Source: Candidatus Poribacteria bacterium
GTDB taxonomy: Bacteria > Poribacteria > WGA-4E > WGA-3G
DNA length: 64,000 bases
NCBI GenBank assembly: GCA_963663765.2
Contig: CAXXUA010000013.1
Location: forward strand, 192,001 to 256,000
Direction: 5' to 3'
Shown: piece by piece, positions 1 to 10,496 of the stretch
Position numbering within the stretch: the first letter of the stretch is position 1
Layout: each line of letters opens with the position of its first letter
Program-made: the position numbers and the translations under genes
Notes under the pieces: model-generated
The model's database searches: none
What the model was told of the DNA's origin: nothing
The model's input: the letters and a program-made list of their open reading frames with translations, nothing else

Positions 1-2
1 TG

Positions 3-644
3 CAAACAGGTAAAAGTGAAATCATCGCCGCACTCTATGAAGGTAAACCCTTAAATTCACCTAACGATCTAACAATAGATGAACAGGGACGTATCTATTT
101 CACCGATCCTCGTTATGTTGGTCATGAGTCAGTAGAGCAACCGGTTATGGGTGTGTATCGGATAGACACGGATGGTTCCGTGCATCTCGTCATTGCTGAT
201 TCTGGAAAACCCAACGGTATAGCAGTCTCTCCTGACCAGAAAACCCTTTATGTCGGAAGCAACGACAGTGGGACGTTCCGTGAGATGCCTGAGGATGTGC
301 CAACTTACACGGGGAGAATGGCACTCCTTGCTTATGATCTATCAATGGATGGTACTACTTCATACCGCGAAACACTTGTTGACTATGCACCTGAACACGG
401 ACCGGATGGGTTTGAAGTTGATGTTGAAGGGAATCTATATGTGGCAGTCCGAGATAAAACACGATTCGGTATCTGTGTGTATACTCCAGATGGGACGGAA
501 TTGGCTTATATTAAAACACCGGAACTACCGACTAACGTTGCATTCGGACGCGGAGAATTAAGCAAAATACTATATATCACAGCAGGGGGCGGACTCTATA
601 GAATTCGTGTCTCAAAAGATGGTTATCATCTTCCGCAGAAATAA
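3..644 (+). CDS. SMP-30/gluconolactonase family beta-propeller protein (5' end outside window)
   Basis: The frame is open from position 3 (QTGKSEIIAALYEGKPLNSPNDLTIDEQGRIYFTDP...) into ORF 147..644; PNGIAVSPD, GPDGFEVD and PTNVAFG motifs. Confidence 0.85.
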   Translation, partial: QTGKSEIIAALYEGKPLNSPNDLTIDEQGRIYFTDPRYVGHESVEQPVMGVYRIDTDGSVHLVIADSGKPNGIAVSPDQKTLYVGSNDSGTFREMPEDVPTYTGRMALLAYDLSMDGTTSYRETLVDYAPEHGPDGFEVDVEGNLYVAVRDKTRFGICVYTPDGTELAYIKTPELPTNVAFGRGELSKILYITAGGGLYRIRVSKDGYHLPQK

Positions 645-657
645 CATAACTGGTGAA

Positions 658-2058
658 TCAATAATCCGGATGGATGTTATGCCACTGTGTAGCAGATTGA
701 TATGCGTTTCCAACTTGACATAACATAGGTTCTTCTAAGTGTTTACCGACAAACTGAATGCTCAGTGGTAATCCATCGTTAGTCATACCGCAAGGTGTAG
801 ATAGTGTCGGTGTTCCGTTGTAGTCAAAGGGAACAGTAAACCGTTGAAACCAAGCCGGTCTTGTCTCTTTTGGACCGTATAGCGATTCTGGTGTAACTTT
901 GTGTGGTTGTGCAGCCATTGATGGACAAACCAACACATCAATATCTTGGAATATACGTCTGAGATGTCCTGAACATTCATTTCTTAGATTATTGGCTTCA
1001 GCATAGTCTGCACCCGTCACTTTTGCTCCCATATCAAGCCAACCTTGAAACCAAGGTCCATATTCATCTCGTCGTGAAGGATATGTTGAAGAATGTGCAA
1101 AAACTGCTTCCGCAGAACAAAGGGTAGGCCATGCTAATACATACTCGTCCATATCGGGTAATTGTACTTCAATAATCTCTGCACCTAACTCTTGCAGTAA
1201 TTTGACACCTACTTGCACTGCATTAGCTAATTGATCATTTACATCTTTAGTTGCATAATGTTCATCAAAACCTATTTTCACTCCTTTGATACCGTTCTCA
1301 ATTCCATCAATTATAGCAGTTACTGGATAGGGTAGAGAAGTCGGATCGTTTGGGTCATACCCAGCAATTGCTTGCAACATGATGGCTGCGTCCTTCACGG
1401 TACGTGTCATCGGTCCGACGTGATCCAGTGATTCAGCAAGTGGGAGGACACCATATCGACTCACTCTGCCCCAGGTCGGTTTCAACCCAACGATACCACA
1501 AGCAGCAGAAGGAAACCGAATTGAACCGCCTGTATCGCTACCAATTGAACCTGCACAAAAACCTGCTGCGGTTGCGACACCTGAACCACTTGATGATGAA
1601 CCTGTCCACTGCTTCTCATTCCAAGGATTGATAGGTATATCAAATTCGGGATGATAACCTCCCATTGCACCTTCAGTCAGATTGAGTTTGCCAAGTAGCA
1701 CAGCACCAGAATCATTCAGTTTTTCAACAACGGTGCTGTTGTATTCTGGGATGTGGTCTGCTAAAACTTTTGCACCACCCATCGTTCGGACACCCTTTGT
1801 AAAACATAGATCTTTAACAGCGATAGGAATTCCATGCAGTGGTCCACGATAGATTCCTGAAAATATTTCTTTTTCTGCTTGCTGTGCTGTATTCAGTGCA
1901 TGTTCCGGCATTAGGGATGCATAACTTTTTAGTTGGTCGTCAACTTTGTTAATACGTTCCAGCATTGCTGTCGTTAGTTCAACAGGTGACAACTGCTTTG
2001 ATAATAGAAGTTCAGCTAATTCTGTGATAGGTTTGTAATGTAAGGGATTTGCTGACAT
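658..2058 (-). CDS. Amidase signature family protein (GatA paralogue)
   Basis: IAVKDL, GSSSGS and [12 protein letters not shown] amidase signature; lacks the GatA-specific [17 protein letters not shown] region. Confidence 0.85.
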   Translation of the reverse strand: MSANPLHYKPITELAELLLSKQLSPVELTTAMLERINKVDDQLKSYASLMPEHALNTAQQAEKEIFSGIYRGPLHGIPIAVKDLCFTKGVRTMGGAKVLADHIPEYNSTVVEKLNDSGAVLLGKLNLTEGAMGGYHPEFDIPINPWNEKQWTGSSSSGSGVATAAGFCAGSIGSDTGGSIRFPSAACGIVGLKPTWGRVSRYGVLPLAESLDHVGPMTRTVKDAAIMLQAIAGYDPNDPTSLPYPVTAIIDGIENGIKGVKIGFDEHYATKDVNDQLANAVQVGVKLLQELGAEIIEVQLPDMDEYVLAWPTLCSAEAVFAHSSTYPSRRDEYGPWFQGWLDMGAKVTGADYAEANNLRNECSGHLRRIFQDIDVLVCPSMAAQPHKVTPESLYGPKETRPAWFQRFTVPFDYNGTPTLSTPCGMTNDGLPLSIQFVGKHLEEPMLCQVGNAYQSATQWHNIHPDY

Positions 2059-2157
2059 TATTTCCTTTCAATCAAGTAGAAGTCTACAATAACAAATATA
2101 ACCAGATTGTATTTTCTATATAATTCGTTGAATCTGCGAAATAATCGTGTTATCATA

Positions 2158-3348
2158 TCAGTGTCGTGGGAAGAAGGTATCAATTCCTGCTGCAACATCT
2201 TCAATTGGATGTCCGTACAGTTTCTCATATTTTTCGTGTGTACCGCGTTCGGTATCTGTGAGTTCTGTTATTGGGAATAGTAGTGTTTCTCTGCTTCGTT
2301 TACCCGATTCACTCATAGCAATGTTCATCTCTTGGTCTTGTCTTCCGCGTGTTGCCCCATATTCTGGTTCAGTATCATTTAGGACTGCATTGGCTATGCT
2401 AAGTAGTTCATCTGCTACAGCAATTTGTCTTTCAGCGAGTGGGTAATTTTTCAGCGGATTGTCCCATGTCACCGTTTGATCGGGGAGCTCAAGTTCAATT
2501 TTATCAAGAACATCAACTCCGTTAACATCAATTGTATGCCGTTTAGCACGATGTGCAATTCCTTTTGCACCGGATTGCAAATCAGATTCGGGTGTAACGT
2601 ATATGTCTTCACCGACAATCGTGCCTTTACTACCGTCAATTTGTGAGATACCAGTTTGTCCGCGTCCAAGTGAACGTGCATGTATGACATTAGAGTATAC
2701 CATTAATGCTGTTGCATTGTTGTCAAATTCAATAAAACCGAAGCTCCACCTTTCACTTGTATGGTTGCGTTTCATTGCATCTATAATGGGAATGATAGGC
2801 GTTGATTGTGTTATTCCGAGTGCAGATTTTGGTTCACCACCTGCACGTAATCGGAGCATACTCATGCCGTGATAGCCACCTTCATAGAATATTCGGTAAA
2901 TACGAGCAACATCACCGATGACACCTGCGTCAATGACTTTTGAGAGAAATCGTTCTCGTGGTGCGCGATAGTAATTTTCAGCTACTTCAAGTTTGACGTT
3001 ATTTACCTTAGCACTTTCAATCATCATATCAGCAGCGGGAAGTGTCAAAGCGATTGGTGTTTCACAGATGATATGTACACCCGCATCAGCCATAAAGCAT
3101 GCTACTGCTTGATGTGCTAATCCGGGTACAGTTATATCAACGACATCAAGTTGTTCATGTTTTACCAGATCACGTACGTTAGTATATGCGTTTGCTCCGT
3201 ATTTTTCTGCGAAACGTGTCGCAGTATCCTCATCCATATCGCATATAGCAACAAGATTGTAGACATCTTTGAGTTTTGCGATTACGGATAGATGTGAACC
3301 ACCACCACGTCTGCCAGCACCGATTAATGCAATATTGAGTTTTGACAT
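2158..3348 (-). CDS. Gfo/Idh/MocA family oxidoreductase
   Basis: N-terminal Rossmann IALIGAGRRG; HIICETPIA (EKP-like) motif. Confidence 0.85.
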   Translation of the reverse strand: MSKLNIALIGAGRRGGGSHLSVIAKLKDVYNLVAICDMDEDTATRFAEKYGANAYTNVRDLVKHEQLDVVDITVPGLAHQAVACFMADAGVHIICETPIALTLPAADMMIESAKVNNVKLEVAENYYRAPRERFLSKVIDAGVIGDVARIYRIFYEGGYHGMSMLRLRAGGEPKSALGITQSTPIIPIIDAMKRNHTSERWSFGFIEFDNNATALMVYSNVIHARSLGRGQTGISQIDGSKGTIVGEDIYVTPESDLQSGAKGIAHRAKRHTIDVNGVDVLDKIELELPDQTVTWDNPLKNYPLAERQIAVADELLSIANAVLNDTEPEYGATRGRQDQEMNIAMSESGKRSRETLLFPITELTDTERGTHEKYEKLYGHPIEDVAAGIDTFFPRH

Positions 3349-3465
3349 AAATGTCTCCTTAGCTTATATTCCTAAAATGTTAGTCACTTAATTTTATGCT
3401 AATTTACTGGTAATCAAAATAACATTTTTGATAAAATGCGTCAATAAAAATCGGGAGTTTGGCTG

Positions 3466-4233
3466 ATGATTGCATTAATCCTAAAAGACCTTCAAATATA
3501 TTCCAAAACTCAGAAATACAGGAATATTCTTTTTATTTCTATTTCAATTCTTGTGCTTCTGTTTTTTGTAGGAACATTAGAGTTTTATGCTCAAGGAACA
3601 GATACTCAACGAGATGGTAAATATATTGATGTCGGCAAACAGACATATACCTTATTTATTTACTGTATATTTTTCATGCAAGTTTTTGTGACACAACATG
3701 CAGTTGATTCAATTTATATGGAACAGTCAAAGATTTCAAGACAAAATCCATTTCAGTTGAAGAATGGAAATATAGGTTTGTTAGTACTAACTCCTTTGTC
3801 TAATTGGAATATCTTGATTGGTAAGTTAACGACAGTCTTGATTTGGTCAGGATGGGTAATATGGTTTACAATTCCATTATTTATGCTTTCAGTTTTTATA
3901 GGCGGATTAGGGTTAACACCATTGTTGAAATGTGGTGTTGTAATATTGATGAGTTCTATTCTATTTACGATGATAGGCTTATGTTACGCATCATTCCACT
4001 CAGTTATTCAGGCGAAAATATTCAGTTATGGAATAGTACTTGCACTTACATTCCTTCCGTTGTTTCCGATAACTCCGTTCGCTAACGTACCAATGTTGTC
4101 ATTAATGAGTCCTTTAACTGCGCTGTTTGCTGTCTTGAAAACTGACCCATCATCTCTGTGGTTGTGGAACATTAGTTTTAATTGTGCGTTATGCTTACTT
4201 ATATTTCCCATTGTAACGCATAGGTTGGATTGA
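3466..4233 (+). CDS. Multi-pass membrane protein, ABC-2 permease-like
   Basis: About 6 hydrophobic segments; 'LLVLTPLSNWNILIGKL' resembles the ABC-2 permease signature. Confidence 0.6.
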   Translation: MIALILKDLQIYSKTQKYRNILFISISILVLLFFVGTLEFYAQGTDTQRDGKYIDVGKQTYTLFIYCIFFMQVFVTQHAVDSIYMEQSKISRQNPFQLKNGNIGLLVLTPLSNWNILIGKLTTVLIWSGWVIWFTIPLFMLSVFIGGLGLTPLLKCGVVILMSSILFTMIGLCYASFHSVIQAKIFSYGIVLALTFLPLFPITPFANVPMLSLMSPLTALFAVLKTDPSSLWLWNISFNCALCLLIFPIVTHRLD

Positions 4234-4258
4234 CACAGCTGTTTTCGTAGGTTATAAT
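4230..4258 (+). promoter_or_regulatory. Consensus sigma70 promoter for trpS
   Basis: TTGACA (4230-4235), 17 bp spacer, TATAAT (4253-4258); AAGGAG just before ATG 4282. Confidence 0.8.
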
Positions 4259-4281
4259 TAGGTTAGACAAAACTAAGGAGA

Positions 4282-5289
4282 ATGAATTTGAAACAGATTG
4301 CATTAACAGGTATAAAACCGACAGGACAACCTCATATCGGCAACTATTTGGGTATGATAAAACCCGCTCTGGAACTTACAAAAGAGTATCAAGCATATTA
4401 TTTTATCGCTGATTACCACGCCCTCACAACCGTTAAAAACAAAAAGGAATTAGAGGAATTAACCTATCAAGTAGCAGCTACATGGTTGGCATTAGGTTTG
4501 AATCCTAATGAAGTAATCTTCTACCGACAATCGGATATTCCAGAAGTGTTTGAGTTGTCGTGGGTGTTAGCGTGTTTCACATCCAAGGGCCTAATTAATA
4601 GAGCACACGCATATAAGACTCTGGTAGACGATAATGTTGCAGCAGGTCGTGAAGAGGACAAAAACATTAATTCTGGACTCTACACATATCCAATCTTGAT
4701 GGCTGCGGATATTCTGTTGTTTGGAACACACATTGTTCCTGTTGGTTTTGACCAGAAACAACACCTTGAAATAACACGAGATGTGGCGATGACATTCAAT
4801 AAGACCTATCATGAAGTGCTGGTTGTACCTGAGGCAGTAATTCGGAAAGAGGTGATGACAATCTCAGGACTCGACGGTAGGAAGATGAGTAAGAGTTATA
4901 ATAATGTTATCCCACTTTTTGCCCCTTCAAATCAGGTGCGTAAACAGGTCATGCGTATCGTAACCGATTCAAAACGCCCCGAAGAACCGAAAGATCCTGA
5001 TGAATGTAATGTATTTGCTATTTATCGTCATTTTGCTGATGCTGATGCTGTTGAAGCAAAACGTCAACTCTATCTCAATGGTGGTCTCGGTTATGGTGAT
5101 ATGAAAAATGAACTTTATGAGTTGTTGGAGTCTACATTTTCAGCACAAGGTGAGCAGTATAATACGTTTATGGAGAACCGAAATGAATTGGATCGGATTC
5201 TTGAACGAGGGGCAGAAAAAGCGCGTGACATTGCTGTGCCGATTTTGGCGAAGGTTCGTAAGGCGATTGGTGTGACTAGCGAGCGGTAG
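4282..5289 (+). CDS. trpS: Tryptophan--tRNA ligase
   Basis: TGIKPTG-HIGNY, YPILMAADIL, VPVGFDQKQH and KMSKS motifs. Confidence 0.97.
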   Translation: MNLKQIALTGIKPTGQPHIGNYLGMIKPALELTKEYQAYYFIADYHALTTVKNKKELEELTYQVAATWLALGLNPNEVIFYRQSDIPEVFELSWVLACFTSKGLINRAHAYKTLVDDNVAAGREEDKNINSGLYTYPILMAADILLFGTHIVPVGFDQKQHLEITRDVAMTFNKTYHEVLVVPEAVIRKEVMTISGLDGRKMSKSYNNVIPLFAPSNQVRKQVMRIVTDSKRPEEPKDPDECNVFAIYRHFADADAVEAKRQLYLNGGLGYGDMKNELYELLESTFSAQGEQYNTFMENRNELDRILERGAEKARDIAVPILAKVRKAIGVTSER

Positions 5290-5304
5290 GATAGAATCGT
5301 TGAG

Positions 5305-5749
5305 TTATCTTGAAATCAACATGAGAGCATTAAATGAAGGATATTGATCAAGAACTGCCAATTCCTGCCGTTCAATTAACCGATCAACATGATTAAAATC
5401 CAAAATACGCGCGGTGACTTCTCCAATAGTTGTGAGGGGAACTATTCTTACTTCTTATAACCTATAGTGGTTTACCCATTAATCAATTCTCGGATTATAG
5501 AAACGACTAAACTGTTTGGTCTGAAACACAAGAGAACCTATGTCACTGCATTTGTTGCGGTTACAATATGAGCACGCGTAAACAAGGTTGTTTTCCTCAG
5601 TAACCCCACCATGCTTTTCACTAATGATATGGTCTACTTGACAACCGAAATAAGTATCTTCCTCGTGGATCAGACAATATTCACACAACCCATTAGCAAG
5701 GGGTTTAGACTAACTTTCTTAAGGCAATGGATACGTAGGTTTTGCTCAT
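5305..5749 (-). pseudogene. Degraded HNH endonuclease
   Basis: ATG at 5749 gives MSKTYVSIALRKLV*, then a 1-nt frameshift into ANGLCEYC...VDHIISEKHGG...ACSYCN...FYNPRID*WVNHYRL*EVRIVPLTTIGEVTARILDFNHVDRLIERQEL...; three internal TAA stops, final stop at 5305-5307. Confidence 0.85.
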
Positions 5750-5985
5750 TCTTTCAGATTGTGCTGTGCGCGGGATTTTGCAAGACGCATCAGATGCTCA
5801 AGCTGCAAACAGTGGTTGAGTTCTGCAGTTTCTTCAGATGTCAACCAAGTTGTCTTTTCCCAATGAATCAGATCTGCGATTCGTTCTTTCGTTTCTTCAG
5901 AAGTGCAAAAATCTATTAGGTTTCGCGGGGTTGTCCCTGCAGCGATGAAATCACTGATTTCCTTATATACAGGCGAAATGTGCAT
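5746..5985 (-). CDS. Small hypothetical protein, probable partner/antitoxin of the HNH gene
   Basis: 79 aa with GGAGG RBS; its TGA overlaps the HNH ATG (ATGA at 5746-5749). Confidence 0.7.
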   Translation of the reverse strand: MHISPVYKEISDFIAAGTTPRNLIDFCTSEETKERIADLIHWEKTTWLTSEETAELNHCLQLEHLMRLAKSRAQHNLKE

Positions 5986-6148
5986 TGAATTTCCTCCATA
6001 ATTTAATAGATAGACCTAATGTTACTGACCTACTTCAAAATCAACATTTTGCGAGTTGCAGAGAATTCCCCTGCTATTAAATAAACACACTCAGGTTTGA
6101 CATGAGCGAAATGACCCATCTGTAGTGTATAGTGTTTATTGATTACAA

Positions 6149-7102
6149 CTATACTTTGGTTCTTAGTTGCTTTTGATATTCGGCATGTGCGGATTGTGGA
6201 TCCATCTCGCCATCAAGTACGCGACGTAAACACCGCACAAAAACTATTGGATCATCTTCACCGAATATGGTGCGTCCGAACAGGATAGCGCGCCCACCAT
6301 TCTGAACAACATTATGAGCAAGTGCAAACGTACTGCGTGCATTTTGTCTTGCCCCCCCTAAAGCACCAATCACGAGTGTTGTATCAAATTGACATAACTC
6401 TGTCCAGACATCCGAAGTCGTATAAGCAGTTTTGATAAAACGGGGTCGTTGGTGTTTACGGAGATAACTCATAGTGCGAACGATAGAATCAGCGACATAC
6501 ATACCACGTTTTTCTTCGTCCATTCCCGGTAATTTCACATTCGGTAAAAACACCTCTAATAAATGGTCGAATCCTTCAATTTCCCCCACGACATGAGCAA
6601 ATTGGACATAAGCTTGTAGCATACGTTCGTCAACAATTGGGTCATTGTTTAGTGTGATTGAATATAATCCGAGGTTGACTCTACATTCAAGAGCAGGACC
6701 GATGAGCGTTTCACAATACCGTTGCATGTCTTCTGGAAAGACCGTTTGAAAAGGCATGGAAGGTCGGGATGTATAGACACCGAACCTTGGGTTCCAGATT
6801 GCAGTCTCAGAGTTCATCCGTACGATAGGTGTAATAGGGGAGTTTTCAAACAGGTTTTCATCGAGTGCAAGTGTCTCAGCATCTGCGGGAGTCATCAGGA
6901 GTCCGTCTAACAGACCGTCTTCAACAAGGTCGCGTTGGAGCTGCAAAAACTCCGCATGCGTACGATAGTGTGGTTTTGGTTTTTGGACTTGTCCTAATCC
7001 TTTTATGCCAGCTGAAGCGAGTGGGTCTGCAGCAAAAACAAGAATAGGACTTTGTGAAATCAAGTCTGTATCTGAAAGTTTATCGTATATCCGGTTGCCC
7101 AT
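6149..7102 (-). CDS. Hypothetical TIM-barrel protein, class I aldolase-like
   Basis: 317 aa; FIKTAYT (putative Schiff-base Lys), GALGG, GGRAILFGRTIF aldolase-like C-terminus. Confidence 0.6.
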   Translation of the reverse strand: MGNRIYDKLSDTDLISQSPILVFAADPLASAGIKGLGQVQKPKPHYRTHAEFLQLQRDLVEDGLLDGLLMTPADAETLALDENLFENSPITPIVRMNSETAIWNPRFGVYTSRPSMPFQTVFPEDMQRYCETLIGPALECRVNLGLYSITLNNDPIVDERMLQAYVQFAHVVGEIEGFDHLLEVFLPNVKLPGMDEEKRGMYVADSIVRTMSYLRKHQRPRFIKTAYTTSDVWTELCQFDTTLVIGALGGARQNARSTFALAHNVVQNGGRAILFGRTIFGEDDPIVFVRCLRRVLDGEMDPQSAHAEYQKQLRTKV

Positions 7103-7182
7103 ATTTGATTAGTTCCTTTAGTATTGGGGTATGAAATTGAAAAAACTATTATGGTGTTTCTACATATTCGGTCTATATTGTA

Positions 7183-9699
7183 TTACAAAGTGTTAGTTGG
7201 GTCAATATCAATTATATATTCAATAGCATTTGATTTTAGAATGGATGGTGGCTCCTTAGTCAAACTATATAAGAGGTTACTAATTTTTTCAACATTCTGA
7301 CTTCTAAGCAGAAAGTGCCATCTATATTTACCTTCGATTTTAGATAGAGGTGCAGGTGCTGGACCTGAGATTGTTATCTCAGGAAACTTTTCTGTTTTCA
7401 ACTGATGTAAATACTCACTAACATTCTTTGCAGCATCTATCACCATATTTTCATTTTTTCCACGCAGCAAGAGGCTGGCTATATTAGCAAATGGTGGATA
7501 ACCCAATGTTCTCCGTTCTAATATTTCTTTTTCATAGAAATTGATATAGTCATGCTTTTGTGTAGCTAAAATGCAATAATGTTCTGGCAGATAAGTCTGA
7601 ATGATTACTTCCCCAGCTGCATCAGCTCGTCCAGAACGTCCCGCAACTTGAGTAAGTAAGCTGAATGTTTGTTCGCTTGCGCGGTAATCGGGAAGATTTA
7701 ATGCTGTGTCAGCTACCACGACACCGACAAGTGTTACATTAGGGAAATCCAGACCTTTTGCAACCATCTGCGTACCGATCAATATATCAATTTCTTGACG
7801 TTGAAAAGCATCTAAAATCTGTTGATGTGCGTTTTTTTTTGTCGTCGAATCAGCATCAAATCTTTTTACGTTTGCAGATGGATATGCTTTAAGTATTTCT
7901 TGTTCAACCGTTTCTGTGCCGAACCCTTTTTTTCCAAAATAATCAATTGCTGGACTGCTGCATTCAGGACACGTTGGGTGTAAATCTCTTTTGTGTTCAC
8001 AGTGATGACAAACCATTTTTTTTAATTCAAAGTGGAATGTCAACGTAATTGAGCAATTATTACATTTCTCTACATAGCCACATGTGCGACAAAATACATA
8101 ACGTGAATGTCCACGTCTATTTAAGAACAAAATACTTTGTTGCTTTTTCTCTATTCTCTCACTGATAGCATCTCTGAGTTGTTGTGAGAAGATCGTACGG
8201 TTTCCTTTTTTTAGTTCATCCCGCATATCAACAATTTGGACTTTGGGCATTTTTCTATCTAAAACACGCATCGGGAGACTGAGGAGTTTATAGTTTCCGT
8301 TTTGTGCTTGGTAATAACTTTCGAGAGAGGGTGTTGCACTGCCGAGGATTATAGGGCAATTTGCAAACTCTGCTCGTTTACGTGCCACCTCACGTGTGTG
8401 GTAACGTGGTGCAGTATCTGATTTATATGAGTCTGAATGTTCCTCATCAATAACCATTAAACCCAAATTATTGACAGGTGCGAATACTGCAGAACGTGGA
8501 CCTATAACAATATCTGCGTCACCATTCTTGATACGATGCCATTGGTCAAACCTCTCACCATCGCTTAGACGACTGTGAAGTAGCGCAATGCGTTCTCCAA
8601 AACGACTGATAAACCGTGATGCAGTTTGTGGTGTCAAAGAAATCTCTGGAACAAGCACAATCACGGATTTTCCACTATCCAAAACCTTTGACATGACCTG
8701 CATATACACTTCAGTTTTACCACTTCCAGTTACACCGTGTAACAAGAAACAACAATTTGATTCATTATTAGATTGGATATTATTAAGAATGTCTGTATAT
8801 GCATCGGTCTGAAATTGGTTCAAAGTGTGAGATTGTGTGGTTGCAATCGGTTGGTTACTCAAGGGATTGCGTATCGCTTGTGCTTTAGAAATTTTTATGA
8901 AGCCGCGTCTCTCAAGTGTACGGAGAAGTGTCGGACCCGTTTTTACCCGCTTTGTTAGTTCGGATGTAGCAATTGGTGCACCTTCATCAAGTAATATTTG
9001 AAGGATTTGTGCATGTTTGATAGCTGCAGCATGGGGGATTCGTCTATTTTTTCTATTTTTTGATTCAGGAACACCTGTTTGTTCAGTTAATAAATCTATA
9101 ATTTCTGACTCAATATCTTCTTGTGACAATGCTAAAGATGCAACATTTGTAAACTGTGCAGTTGCTTTGGGTTTGTGTAAGATTCTGAGTTCAACAATAC
9201 CCTTTTCTTGTAGTGCTTTAATTTTTGGACGAAGTTTTGCTGTTGTTGTACCGACTCGTCTTGCAAGTTGATCTGGAGACAGATCACCCTCAGTTTCCAA
9301 AAGTGTTACGATTTCTTTTTGAACTATTTCACGTGGAGGTTCATAATCCGGTAGTAAGTGTACTCTTTTGTGTTTATGATTTCGGACTGCGGCAGGAACA
9401 GCACAAAAAAGGGAACTACCCCATGAAGACAGATAGTAGTCCGACATCCATTTTGTGAGTTTGAGAAGTTCTTCGGAAAATGTAGGGATCTCGTCCAGAC
9501 ATTCTGAGATATTCTTGATCTTGTCAGCATCAACGTCAGTTTCTTCAACCCGTTCCACCACAACACCTTCCTGTTGACTTCTATGGAAGGAGGCTAAAAC
9601 CCGTACTCCCGGCTGCACTTTTGCATTTAAATATTCTGGGACAGCGTAAGTGAATAGTTGATTCACAGCAAGAGGAAAAGCAACTTTGGCATAACTCAT
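7183..9699 (-). CDS. priA: Primosomal protein N' helicase
   Basis: GVTGSGKTEVY, DEEH, four CxxC pairs, GTQMVAKGLDF, QVAGRSGR; start placed at ATG 9699 (MSYAKVAF). Confidence 0.95.
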   Translation of the reverse strand: MSYAKVAFPLAVNQLFTYAVPEYLNAKVQPGVRVLASFHRSQQEGVVVERVEETDVDADKIKNISECLDEIPTFSEELLKLTKWMSDYYLSSWGSSLFCAVPAAVRNHKHKRVHLLPDYEPPREIVQKEIVTLLETEGDLSPDQLARRVGTTTAKLRPKIKALQEKGIVELRILHKPKATAQFTNVASLALSQEDIESEIIDLLTEQTGVPESKNRKNRRIPHAAAIKHAQILQILLDEGAPIATSELTKRVKTGPTLLRTLERRGFIKISKAQAIRNPLSNQPIATTQSHTLNQFQTDAYTDILNNIQSNNESNCCFLLHGVTGSGKTEVYMQVMSKVLDSGKSVIVLVPEISLTPQTASRFISRFGERIALLHSRLSDGERFDQWHRIKNGDADIVIGPRSAVFAPVNNLGLMVIDEEHSDSYKSDTAPRYHTREVARKRAEFANCPIILGSATPSLESYYQAQNGNYKLLSLPMRVLDRKMPKVQIVDMRDELKKGNRTIFSQQLRDAISERIEKKQQSILFLNRRGHSRYVFCRTCGYVEKCNNCSITLTFHFELKKMVCHHCEHKRDLHPTCPECSSPAIDYFGKKGFGTETVEQEILKAYPSANVKRFDADSTTKKNAHQQILDAFQRQEIDILIGTQMVAKGLDFPNVTLVGVVVADTALNLPDYRASEQTFSLLTQVAGRSGRADAAGEVIIQTYLPEHYCILATQKHDYINFYEKEILERRTLGYPPFANIASLLLRGKNENMVIDAAKNVSEYLHQLKTEKFPEITISGPAPAPLSKIEGKYRWHFLLRSQNVEKISNLLYSLTKEPPSILKSNAIEYIIDIDPTNTL

Positions 9700-9765
9700 A
9701 AAACATTCCTGCTGGAATAAATAGTAGGTTTTTTGTGTACACTCAAAATACAACCTATCAAGTTG

Positions 9766-10488
9766 TTATTTTTCATCTATGTATGCCATCACTTGCTGCA
9801 TATCTTCCCAGACATCACGTTTAGCATTTGGGTTTCTGAGCAAATAAGCTGGATGAAAGGTCGGCATAATGACAGGTGCATTGTCTTGCTGTTTAGCAAG
9901 TGCATATTGATGGAACTGTCCGCGTAGTGCAGTAATACCTGTTTTGGTCTCAAGCATCATCTGTGCTGCAAAACTGCCAAGTGCTACAATGACTTTTGGT
10001 TGAATTAATTCTATCTGCCGGAGTAGGTATGGACTGCATGTTTCTACTTCGTCTGGTGCGGGATTTCTGTTACCGGGAGGTCTGCATTTAAGTACATTAG
10101 CGATGTAAACATCCTCACGCGTATATTTCATCGCATTGATGATTTCTGTGAGTAATTTACCTGCTCTACCGACAAAAGGTTCCCCTTGCTTGTCTTCATC
10201 AGCACCGGGTGCTTCACCTACAAACATCAAATCTGCAGTTGAGCTTCCAACACCAAAAACGACGGTATTCCGTCCTTCATGTAACTGACATTTAATGCAA
10301 CTTTGCGCGTCTGTGTTGAGAGCAGGTAGATCCAAGGCAGCGTATTTTGGTTCCTGTTCCGCCTCTTTTATTTCTGCTTCTGTAAAGCCAAATTCAAGTT
10401 GTTCTGCCACGTATTCCCTCACAGTTGCAACGATTTGTAGGTACTCTTTTCTGAGATTGATGTCATCCATAAGGTATCCCTGTATCAA
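9766..10488 (-). CDS. udg: Family 4 uracil-DNA glycosylase
   Basis: [24 protein letters not shown] and HPAYLLR motifs. Confidence 0.92.
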   Translation of the reverse strand: MIQGYLMDDINLRKEYLQIVATVREYVAEQLEFGFTEAEIKEAEQEPKYAALDLPALNTDAQSCIKCQLHEGRNTVVFGVGSSTADLMFVGEAPGADEDKQGEPFVGRAGKLLTEIINAMKYTREDVYIANVLKCRPPGNRNPAPDEVETCSPYLLRQIELIQPKVIVALGSFAAQMMLETKTGITALRGQFHQYALAKQQDNAPVIMPTFHPAYLLRNPNAKRDVWEDMQQVMAYIDEK

Positions 10489-10496
10489 TCAATCAA

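Noticed and set aside
658-2058. Second gatA
   Set aside because: Lacks GatA-specific motifs; the true gatA lies beside gatC at 35208-36689
5305-5749. Stop-codon reassignment explaining the in-frame TAA codons in the HNH gene
   Set aside because: A frameshift is also present, and TAA terminates many normal genes in this window
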